Below, piece after piece: positions 18,982-27,230 of a stretch of 47,315 bases of DNA. The notes beneath the pieces were generated by a model. That model was not told the origin of the DNA and searched no databases. It worked only from the letters and a program-made list of their open reading frames with translations. The DNA lies in the NCBI GenBank assembly GCA_964422555.1, contig CAYRBR010000004.1:1-47315 (forward strand). Reading direction: 5' to 3'. Positions within the stretch are counted from its first letter, which is position 1. The number at the start of each line of letters is the position of its first letter. The stretch comes from an uncultured Caldisericota bacterium. GTDB lineage: Bacteria > Caldisericota > Caldisericia > UBA6126. Position numbers and translations under genes: made by a program.

Positions 18982-19290
18982 ATGCATTTTTTTAGACATA
19001 GGTTTCGACGGAGAAATAATTTTCAACCAGTATGCTGTAGAAATAACATGACTTCATGTGAGCAAAACAAAACTATTTATGAATTTTCCCCCTCGGATAC
19101 GGTTCAGATAATGGCAATACGTGGTTATAAGTGTATGCGTTGTCAGTTAATTTCAATGGGTTTTATTCCCGGAACGAAAGTAAAAATTATTGAAAATTCT
19201 GTTCACAAAACTTGTCTTGTTTCTATCGAGAATCGGAAAATTACTTTAGATGAGCGGAGTGCTTATTCACTAATTGTGAAAGCAGTTTGA
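18982..19290 (+). CDS. feoA: FeoA family protein with N-terminal extension
   Basis: QLISMGFIPGTKVKI. Located in the feo operon. Confidence 0.8.
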   Translation: MHFFRHRFRRRNNFQPVCCRNNMTSCEQNKTIYEFSPSDTVQIMAIRGYKCMRCQLISMGFIPGTKVKIIENSVHKTCLVSIENRKITLDERSAYSLIVKAV

Positions 19291-19305
19291 TTTTTTTTAA
19301 CTTGA

Positions 19306-19325
19306 ATGTTAGGCTTATCTAATAT
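19306..19325. promoter_or_regulatory. DtxR/MntR-type operator 2 (operon-internal)
   Basis: ATGTTAG-GCTTAT-CTAATAT, 17/20 identical to operator 1. Confidence 0.7.
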
Positions 19326-19343
19326 ATTTAGGAGAGTATAATT

Positions 19344-19571
19344 TTGAAACTACATCAATTTTCACCAGGACAAAAAGGAATTGTATCGGGATTCTGCGAT
19401 TCCGAAAAAAAGTATAGAAGAAAGCTTCTTCGTATGGGTATTTTAAAAGGGTCGTTATTCACTTTTGTTCGAAAAGCTCCATTGGGAGACCCTATTGAAA
19501 TAGAAATTCAAGGATGTTCAGTATCTCTTCGAAAAGAAGAAGCAGATATTTTAAATGTGGAGAGTGTATAA
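19344..19571 (+). CDS. feoA: FeoA family protein
   Basis: RKLLRMGI...RKAPLGDPIEIEIQG...SLRKEEA. TTG start after AGGAGA. Confidence 0.93.
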   Translation: MKLHQFSPGQKGIVSGFCDSEKKYRRKLLRMGILKGSLFTFVRKAPLGDPIEIEIQGCSVSLRKEEADILNVESV

Positions 19572-19572
19572 A

Positions 19573-21894
19573 ATGAAAATAGCACTAATTGGCAATCCAA
19601 ATTGTGGGAAAACCACATTGTTTAACGCCCTAACAGGGAACCAACAGAGAATAGGGAACTGGCCGGGAGTAACTGTAGAAAAAAAATCAGGCTGGTTTCG
19701 TTACCAGAGTCATGAACACGAAATTATTGACTTGCCTGGAATTTACAGTTTTGACGAAGAAATATCAGAAGATGAACAGGTTGCTAAAGAGTACATATTG
19801 TCGGGCGATGCGGACATCTTTGTAAACATTGTTGACAGTACTCATTTTGAGAGAAACATGTACTTAACAATGTTACTTCTTGAAATGGGAATTCCCATGA
19901 TTGTTGTATTGAATATGAAAGATTTAGCATCAAATGAAGGAATACACATCAATCCCACATCTCTGCAGAAAATTCTGGGAGTACCGGTTATTTCCATTAA
20001 AGGAACAGATAAAGAAGATATCAAACACTTAAAAGACCTATTACTAAAAGCTTCTATAGAAGAATGTATTTCATCCCATCATATTCAGTTTCGTTCTTCT
20101 ATTGAAGAAGTACTTAACAAATGGTCAGATATCCTTGCTTCCGATCTTCCAAAATGCCATGTATCAGCACGCTGGATCGCATTAGATTTATTGCTTGAAA
20201 ACAAAAACCATGTAGATATTCCTGGTAAAACACTTGGAAAATTAAATCTGAAAACCACAATTGATTCTCTTAAAAACGAATGGGGTGATGAAATAGATGT
20301 ACTGGTTGCAGAAGACATTTATTCAACTATCAATTCATATCATAAAAATGTATGCAAAAAAGGAAAGAAAAAGCGTTCTTTTACTGAAGTATTTGATTCC
20401 ATCGTTCTGAATAGATGGCTTGGTATCCCCATTTTTCTTGGGGTTATGTACCTACTTTTCTGGATTGTACAACAATTTGCTGGAGCTTTTATTGATTTCT
20501 TTGATATTTTGGCAGACACAATCTTTGTCACCGGACTAGGAACATTGCTGGATAAAGTTGGTTCTCCATCCTGGCTTACTACTCTTGTTGCCGATGGCAT
20601 CGGTGGTGGTATACAAACAGTTGCTACATTTATCCCTCTAGTATTTGTTTTATTCTTTTTCCTTTCCTATTTAGAAACTTCTGGTTATATGGCTAGAGCA
20701 GCTTTTGTAGCAGATCGTTTCATGCAAAAGATAGGTTTACCTGGAAAAGCTTTTGTACCTATGATGGTTGGATTTGGATGTACTGTTCCAGCAATCATGG
20801 CAACCAGAACTTTAGAAACAAAACGAGATCGATATATGACCATATTTATGTCCCCATTAATGTCCTGTGGCGCAAGACTTCCAGTTTATATACTGTTTGC
20901 TGCAGCATTCTTCCCTTCTAATCAAGGATTAATTGTCTTCTCTCTATATTTAGTTGGGATACTAATAGCAATTGGTACGGGTTTACTGCTTAAAAAAACT
21001 CTTTTTAAAGGAGAAACCTCAACTTTTGTTATGGAGCTTCCCCCGTATCATGCTCCAAAATTTGGATATTTATTAAAACATGCTTGGTCACGTACAAGTA
21101 TATTTATAAAAAGAGCTGGAATTGTAATCGTTATTGTAATGACAGTTCTTGGATTCTTAAATAGCTTTGAGGTGTCAACTGGAACCCAAACTCCTTCTAC
21201 AACCCAAGCTATTGAAGTTAGCTCTAACGAGCCGGAACAGCAAACCGCACTTGGTGTTATCGGAAAAGCCATAACACCCTTATTTGTACCCATGGGTGTA
21301 GAACAAGATAATTGGCCTGCATCTGTGGGTATCTTAACTGGCTTGTTTGCAAAAGAAGCTGTAGTAGGTACACTGGGAGGGGTTTATTCGCAAATTGAAA
21401 GCCAGGGTAATGTAACAGAAATTCAAGAAGCCGAGGAAGAAGAATGGAGCTTCTGGGGAGGAATAGCGGATGCCTTTGCATCCATTCCTGAGAATATTTC
21501 TGGGGCTTTCGAAGGATTCAAAGATGTAATGGGATTAGGCGATGTTGGAGGTTCTGAGGAAGATATTGCCGATGTTGTTGAAGCTGATATTGGTTTATTC
21601 CAGCAACTTCGGGATCATTTTTCTAAGGGACCTTTACAGGCTTATGCCTATCTTCTCTTTATCTTAATCTATTTCCCCTGTATTGCAGTTTTAGGAGCCA
21701 TCAAAAAAGAAGCTGGTTTACTTGTTACCTACCTATCAGTTGGGTATTTAACTGTCATAGGTTGGATTATTGCAACGCTATTCTATCAAATTACTATTGG
21801 TCATTCTACCCTCTGGATTATCATTCCTCTAGCTATGCTAGTTGGTTTGTATATACTATTTGATAGGATTCAAGCAGCAGGAGCACTCAAATGA
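19573..21894 (+). CDS. feoB: Ferrous iron transport protein B
   Basis: G1 GNPNCGKT, NWPGVT, DLPG, NMKD. Gate motifs GFGCTVPA and SCGARLPVY. ATG 19573. Confidence 0.97.
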   Translation: MKIALIGNPNCGKTTLFNALTGNQQRIGNWPGVTVEKKSGWFRYQSHEHEIIDLPGIYSFDEEISEDEQVAKEYILSGDADIFVNIVDSTHFERNMYLTMLLLEMGIPMIVVLNMKDLASNEGIHINPTSLQKILGVPVISIKGTDKEDIKHLKDLLLKASIEECISSHHIQFRSSIEEVLNKWSDILASDLPKCHVSARWIALDLLLENKNHVDIPGKTLGKLNLKTTIDSLKNEWGDEIDVLVAEDIYSTINSYHKNVCKKGKKKRSFTEVFDSIVLNRWLGIPIFLGVMYLLFWIVQQFAGAFIDFFDILADTIFVTGLGTLLDKVGSPSWLTTLVADGIGGGIQTVATFIPLVFVLFFFLSYLETSGYMARAAFVADRFMQKIGLPGKAFVPMMVGFGCTVPAIMATRTLETKRDRYMTIFMSPLMSCGARLPVYILFAAAFFPSNQGLIVFSLYLVGILIAIGTGLLLKKTLFKGETSTFVMELPPYHAPKFGYLLKHAWSRTSIFIKRAGIVIVIVMTVLGFLNSFEVSTGTQTPSTTQAIEVSSNEPEQQTALGVIGKAITPLFVPMGVEQDNWPASVGILTGLFAKEAVVGTLGGVYSQIESQGNVTEIQEAEEEEWSFWGGIADAFASIPENISGAFEGFKDVMGLGDVGGSEEDIADVVEADIGLFQQLRDHFSKGPLQAYAYLLFILIYFPCIAVLGAIKKEAGLLVTYLSVGYLTVIGWIIATLFYQITIGHSTLWIIIPLAMLVGLYILFDRIQAAGALK

Positions 21895-22697
21895 ACATGC
21901 CAAACTTTTGGTTAGCAGTTATATTAACTTCGTTTGCAGGTTTATCAACGGGTATTGGTAGTTTGCTAGCTTTCTTTACAAAGCAAACCAACACAAAATT
22001 TCTGTCAATTTCTTTGGGTTTCTCAGCTGGGGTTATGATCTATATTTCGTTTATGGAATTGTTACCTGAATCTTTTTCCATCCTATCTAAAACCTACACT
22101 TTGTATGGATCTTGGATATGCATTTTATCCTTTTTTATTGGCTTTGGTATTATTGCAGTAATCGACAAGCTTGTACCATCTTATGAAAATCCCCACGAAA
22201 TGCATCATATTGAAGAACTACATCCCAAAAACGAGAAAAAACAATTGAAAAAACTCTACCATGTTGGAATACTAATGGCTTTGGCCATTAGTATTCACAA
22301 CCTTCCAGAAGGTCTTGTCACCTTTTTAGGAACCATTACCAATTCTGAAATGGGGATCGCTATAGCATTTGCTGTTGCAATACATAATATTCCCGAAGGA
22401 ATTGCCGTTTCGGTACCAATATATTATTCGACGGGTAGTCGAAAAAAAGCATTCTTTTATTCGTTTCTATCTGGACTAGCAGAACCGATTGGTGGAATCC
22501 TGGGATATCTTCTCTTAAAACCACTTATTAACGATTTAACAGTTGGAATTATTTTTGCCCTCATTGCAGGAATAATGGTATTTATCTCTTTTGACACACT
22601 CCTTCCTTCTGCAGAAGAATATGGCAATCACCACTTGTCCATTATTGGAGTAGTAGCAGGAATGGTTGTGATGGCTGTCAGCTTACTGCTGTTATAA
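21891..22697 (+). CDS. zupT: ZIP family zinc/divalent metal transporter ZupT
   Basis: AGLSTGIG, SLGFSAGVM, IHNLPEG, IHNIPEG, SGLAEP. ATGA overlap with feoB. Confidence 0.93.
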   Translation: MNMPNFWLAVILTSFAGLSTGIGSLLAFFTKQTNTKFLSISLGFSAGVMIYISFMELLPESFSILSKTYTLYGSWICILSFFIGFGIIAVIDKLVPSYENPHEMHHIEELHPKNEKKQLKKLYHVGILMALAISIHNLPEGLVTFLGTITNSEMGIAIAFAVAIHNIPEGIAVSVPIYYSTGSRKKAFFYSFLSGLAEPIGGILGYLLLKPLINDLTVGIIFALIAGIMVFISFDTLLPSAEEYGNHHLSIIGVVAGMVVMAVSLLLL

Positions 22698-22757
22698 GTT
22701 TTTTATTCTTTATTGTTACCTTTTTGTTACTTTTTTGTCTTTTTTTAGTCATTTTTA

Positions 22758-22786
22758 TTGCGAATGAATTTTACATACGGTATAAT
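22758..22786 (+). promoter_or_regulatory. Sigma70-like promoter for the tandem paralog pair
   Basis: TTGCGA (22758-22763), 17 nt, TATAAT (22781-22786), then AAAGGAGG before ATG 22825. Confidence 0.6.
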
Positions 22787-22824
22787 TATTACAAGACAAA
22801 AACTCTAGCAAAGGAGGTAGAGCA

Positions 22825-23355
22825 ATGGCTTATAAAGAGAATATTCACAGTATTACAACGAAAAAAGTATCTGAAAAAGTGTCATTCTTTAAAACAAAAT
22901 ATTGTCACCTGATTTTTACCGACAAACGAATTATTGTTGCATACTATGACCCGGACAAAGCAATGGATGAATACAAAAAAAGACTGCAAGAACAAAGCGA
23001 TAAAGGCTCCCCCTCCAGTGTATATAACAAGGTATCCATTCGCTTTCAATCAACAAAGAATTTTTATCAACGATATTTATGTATGAATCCTGAAGATATT
23101 ATTAAAGAACACCCCGAAAATTTTGCAATTCCGTCCGAAAGAATAAAAAGTCTTGTTTTTTCAAAAGGTTCCTGCTGTAAAGATGAAGACGGTTTCGAAA
23201 GCCATAATCCTGATAAATTGAACATTACATTAAAAAATAATGCGCATAAAAATTTTTACCTGAAAACTTGTTTCTTTAATGAATTATGTGACGCTCTCAG
23301 TCAAATAATTCCACAAGCCAATCACTCAGGTGAAAAAATGGTTTATAAAAGCTAA
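22825..23355 (+). CDS. Hypothetical protein, possible PH-like fold (paralog 1)
   Basis: Strong RBS, HLIFTDKRIIV motif, similar to the next ORF. Confidence 0.75.
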   Translation: MAYKENIHSITTKKVSEKVSFFKTKYCHLIFTDKRIIVAYYDPDKAMDEYKKRLQEQSDKGSPSSVYNKVSIRFQSTKNFYQRYLCMNPEDIIKEHPENFAIPSERIKSLVFSKGSCCKDEDGFESHNPDKLNITLKNNAHKNFYLKTCFFNELCDALSQIIPQANHSGEKMVYKS

Positions 23356-23402
23356 TTTCTTTTCTTTCTATTTCTCTTGTTCCATTTTTTTAAGGAGTTT
23401 CT

Positions 23403-23927
23403 ATGCCTAATAATGAGACGGTTGTACACGTAACGCCACGAGCAAGCCATCATATCGGTTTCTTTAAGTCCAAACTTTGCTATCTCGTCTTCACAGATCA
23501 GCGGATTGTTGTTGTATATCATGATCCAAAGAAATTAAAAAAAGCTTATGAAGATGCAATCAAAGATCGTGAAAAAGATGGGAAAAAAGCAAATGTCTTT
23601 AAGAAATTAGGAGCAAAGTTTTCCTCTATGAATGATTTTCATACACGATATTTCGAATTGACACCTGAAGAAATGTTACTTGAAGATGACGACAACTTCG
23701 CAATTAAGCCATCGGACATACAACGTCTTGTTTTGAAAAAAGGATCAGTAGTGATGGATGAAGATGGGTATGAAACAAAAAATAAAGATACTCTTCAGAT
23801 GGTAATTTTTGGTAAGAAAATGAAGTTTAGTTTATCGATCGACCAATTTCAAAAAATCGCCAATGCTTTAGACCATATTATTCCAGAAGCCACTTATAAA
23901 AAGAACAAGGTTATCTTGAAAAGATAG
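23403..23927 (+). CDS. Hypothetical protein, possible PH-like fold (paralog 2)
   Basis: RBS AAGGAG, YLVFTDQRIVV motif, collinear with paralog 1. Confidence 0.75.
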   Translation: MPNNETVVHVTPRASHHIGFFKSKLCYLVFTDQRIVVVYHDPKKLKKAYEDAIKDREKDGKKANVFKKLGAKFSSMNDFHTRYFELTPEEMLLEDDDNFAIKPSDIQRLVLKKGSVVMDEDGYETKNKDTLQMVIFGKKMKFSLSIDQFQKIANALDHIIPEATYKKNKVILKR

Positions 23928-24707
23928 CTAGTACTCTTCTTCCAGTACAAGACAATCCTTATAATCGTAAATAAATAGTGTATCCCCAGCATTGTTCCAT
24001 ATCGGTTCATCAAATCCAGCATATAGATTAGTAGCTGTGTTCTTGCCGTTTCCTGTATGAACTTTTATACTCGATCCTGACTTCAGAACATAATCTGGAA
24101 AGAGATACCGATGATACGATTCATCGTAGAAATAAAAATTCTGCAAAAAGATAGTTTCACCGCTGTTATTTAACAATATAAACCATTCACCATTAACATT
24201 GTCATTGTCATTTCCCTCTGCATCGAATTGAAATGAAGTTACCGTCAAGTCGCCTGCATAGTCTGAGGGAGTAAACAAACCAACACCCTTTTGCATTGCC
24301 TTCTCTTCTGCTCGTTCGAGTATCGTTCTATAGCGTACATTAGGTGCTCTAAAAAAAGCTCTTGCTACCCCATTTTCAATTAAGATTTCATTCACAAATC
24401 CATCTTCTTTTGTGTATACATATGCAAGAGTTCTACCAAAAACATCTTCTTTTTCTTTATCGTATTCAAGGTACACTTCTTTCCCTTCCACTAGCTTTTT
24501 ATTCAGGTTTGTAGCTTCAGCAGAGTAGGGTTGTCCCTTTTCAGGAGTATTGATTCCAATGTATCGAACCTTTGTTCCATTCGCCAATACAATCGTATCA
24601 CCATCAATTACTTTGGAAACAAAATTTCCAGAATAATTACATGCAAATAGAAAACAAACAAAAAAAGAAGCAATAAGGAAAAAAGATATAGAATTTTTAA
24701 TTTTCAT
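23928..24707 (-). CDS. Thermonuclease (SNase) with C-terminal lamin-tail domain, probable lipoprotein
   Basis: VIDGDT, RYIGINTPE, DVFGRTLAYV. LTD motifs NGEWF and IWNNAGD. Lipobox-like LFAC. Confidence 0.92.
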   Translation of the reverse strand: MKIKNSISFFLIASFFVCFLFACNYSGNFVSKVIDGDTIVLANGTKVRYIGINTPEKGQPYSAEATNLNKKLVEGKEVYLEYDKEKEDVFGRTLAYVYTKEDGFVNEILIENGVARAFFRAPNVRYRTILERAEEKAMQKGVGLFTPSDYAGDLTVTSFQFDAEGNDNDNVNGEWFILLNNSGETIFLQNFYFYDESYHRYLFPDYVLKSGSSIKVHTGNGKNTATNLYAGFDEPIWNNAGDTLFIYDYKDCLVLEEEY

Positions 24708-26283
24708 TTTGTAATTCAGACAGAACGGACGAATAATAAGAAGGAAGTTTTTCGATTGAGCAAGCCCAGGGTGTTAACTGGCGTTCCATAAATTGTCCAG
24801 CCAAACTATGTAGGGAAACACCCAATATGCAAGCAGGATAAGGAGGGTATCCCTGGGCAATGAACCCAGCAATAGAACCAGCTAAAACATCACCACTTCC
24901 AGCTTTTGATAAGGCAGAAGAACGGAAATAGTTGATATGAGCAAAACCTGTTGGATCAGCTACAACAGTGGTTGAACTTTTAAGTACAACAATTGTTTGC
25001 CAAAGTTTGGAATAATGTAGAGCAACATCTACTAAATTCTGTTTTATTTGTTCAATTTGTAGTCCAGTAAGGTAACTCATCTCTCCTAGATGTGGAGTAA
25101 CAATTCTGGTTCCGGGTACTACTTTTTTTAATTGGGATTTGATCGCCCACAGGCCATCTGCATCAATTACCATCGTTTGCGATAAAGAATTATATAGAGA
25201 CTTACAAAAAGTAATTCGATCAATTTCTCTACTCATCCCTGATCCGATACACACAATCCCTTTCGGATGAATATGATGAAGGAAATATGTTATAGAATGG
25301 TGGGCATAGTGTGATTCTTTTGTAGGAATTCGCATGTGGATTGATTCAACAGGAACACGATTGGACAAGATACTTTCGTCGGTATCTTTATAACAGGCTA
25401 CTGTTAAACCAACACCAGAGTGAATTGCCCCCATTAGAGATAAAGACAAAGCTCCTTGATAATTTCTGCATCCAGCCACCGAATAAACTCTCCCAAACAT
25501 CCCTTTGTGCGAATCGACAGGTCTTGGTCTAACAATCTTGCCCACCTCTTTTGGTGTCATGAAGGTGGACAAATTCACCTTATCCTCTACAACCGTTCGA
25601 GGAACTCCTATATTTGTTACGTATAGTTTGCCTGTATAGTTTTTCCCCGGACATAGTAAATGCCCCACCTTTGGAGCCTCGAAGGTGACAGTATAGGTAG
25701 CTTTTATGGCTGAACTCCGAAATGTACTTACAACTTCTCCTGATTCTGAACTAATTCCCGAAGGTATGTCAATCGAATATATCGTTTTAGCTGAAGAATT
25801 TACAGTTTGAATTAATTCAGACACAAATCCCTCAATTGGCCTTGATAACCCAACACCAAAGATACCATCCACAACTATGGTAGTAGGATTTGCATTAAAG
25901 AACTCTTTTACTCTGACTCGGGTAACTTCCGAATCAAGGTAAGGATCTAAAATATCGACTTGAAAATCAGGATTTTTGTGAAAACTTTCCAAGATTTCAA
26001 AGTTATGTTTCGCTGCTCCCGATAACTTCTGGAGTGAAAAAACGGGCAACACCGCCACACGCCAACCATTAGAAATAAGATGCCGGGCAACAACACTGGC
26101 ATCGCCACCATTGTTACCCGGCCCTATCAATACTAGAACTTGTATGTTCCGCTTCTCATTTCGAACTATCTGGTCTACGACATTACTTCCTGCCATTTCC
26201 ATCAATTGCAGAGGTTTTACTCGATATTCTTCTTCCATCACTCTGTCAGTTCGATGGGTATCCTGACCAGTATGTACTAACAT
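24697..26283 (-). CDS. nnr: Bifunctional NAD(P)H-hydrate epimerase/dehydratase
   Basis: GPGNNGGD, VDGIFGVG, IDIPSG, SHKG, DADGL, TPHLGE, AGSGDVLAG. Confidence 0.93.
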   Translation of the reverse strand: MLVHTGQDTHRTDRVMEEEYRVKPLQLMEMAGSNVVDQIVRNEKRNIQVLVLIGPGNNGGDASVVARHLISNGWRVAVLPVFSLQKLSGAAKHNFEILESFHKNPDFQVDILDPYLDSEVTRVRVKEFFNANPTTIVVDGIFGVGLSRPIEGFVSELIQTVNSSAKTIYSIDIPSGISSESGEVVSTFRSSAIKATYTVTFEAPKVGHLLCPGKNYTGKLYVTNIGVPRTVVEDKVNLSTFMTPKEVGKIVRPRPVDSHKGMFGRVYSVAGCRNYQGALSLSLMGAIHSGVGLTVACYKDTDESILSNRVPVESIHMRIPTKESHYAHHSITYFLHHIHPKGIVCIGSGMSREIDRITFCKSLYNSLSQTMVIDADGLWAIKSQLKKVVPGTRIVTPHLGEMSYLTGLQIEQIKQNLVDVALHYSKLWQTIVVLKSSTTVVADPTGFAHINYFRSSALSKAGSGDVLAGSIAGFIAQGYPPYPACILGVSLHSLAGQFMERQLTPWACSIEKLPSYYSSVLSELQNEN

Positions 26284-26284
26284 G

Positions 26285-27220
26285 TTAACTCATAAGTAAC
26301 GCCATAATAGCCTTTTGTGCATGAAGTCTGTTTTCTGCTTCATCAAATACAGCTGCTTTGGGTCCATCCATTACAGAGTCTGTAATTTCATCCCCTCTAT
26401 GTGCAGGTAAACAGTGAAGAACTAAAGCTTCTTTTGGAGCTTTCGACAAAAGCTCGTCATTAACCTGATAGGGTGTAAAGATACGCTTTCTTTCTTCAGC
26501 TTCTTGCTCCTGACCCATAGAAGCCCAAACGTCAGTGTAAATAAAATCTGCTTTCGCAACAGCCTGAACAGGGTCAGATATGATTTCCAATGATGCACCT
26601 GTCAAAGGTGAATCTTCTTCCCACCACTCCATAATTTGTTTAGATGGAGTAAAATTCTGAGGTGAGCAGATGGTAATATCTACACCTGTTTTAGCAGCAG
26701 CCATCATAAGCGAGTTAGATACATTATTACTATCGCCAATGTATGTAAGGTGAAGACCTTTTAAGAATCCTCTTTTTTCATACATGGTAAAGAAATCAGC
26801 AACTGCTTGACATGGATGTAAAAAATCAGAAAGACCATTAATTACAGGGCAAGTGGAATATTCGGCTAACTGTAAAATGGTATCATGTGAAAACACTCGC
26901 GCCATAATACCATCTAAATATCTACTAAGTACTCGGGCAGTATCAGGAATGGTTTCACCACGTCCTAGTTGAATATCCTTACTGCTTAAGAAAATTGCTT
27001 TTCCACCCATCTGATTCATACCAATTTCAAAAGAAACTCGAGTACGAGTAGAAGATTTTTCAAAAATCATTCCAAGATTTTTATTTTCTAAAACTGGTTT
27101 TCTTTGGTTTGTCTGTTCTTCCAATTTCAACATTTTTGTTAAATCAAAAATGCGTTGCACATCTTCTACAGAATAATCATGGATAGAAACAAAGTTTTTT
27201 CCCTGATATAAGCCGGGCAT
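26285..27220 (-). CDS. argF: Ornithine carbamoyltransferase
   Basis: STRTR, HPCQ, DVWASMG, HCLP, EAENR. Confidence 0.96.
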   Translation of the reverse strand: MPGLYQGKNFVSIHDYSVEDVQRIFDLTKMLKLEEQTNQRKPVLENKNLGMIFEKSSTRTRVSFEIGMNQMGGKAIFLSSKDIQLGRGETIPDTARVLSRYLDGIMARVFSHDTILQLAEYSTCPVINGLSDFLHPCQAVADFFTMYEKRGFLKGLHLTYIGDSNNVSNSLMMAAAKTGVDITICSPQNFTPSKQIMEWWEEDSPLTGASLEIISDPVQAVAKADFIYTDVWASMGQEQEAEERKRIFTPYQVNDELLSKAPKEALVLHCLPAHRGDEITDSVMDGPKAAVFDEAENRLHAQKAIMALLMS

Positions 27221-27230
27221 AATATACTCC

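Noticed and set aside
22724-22912. 62-aa ORF upstream of the PH-like pair
   Set aside because: It spans a T-rich spacer plus the promoter and RBS of the next gene. Likely spurious.
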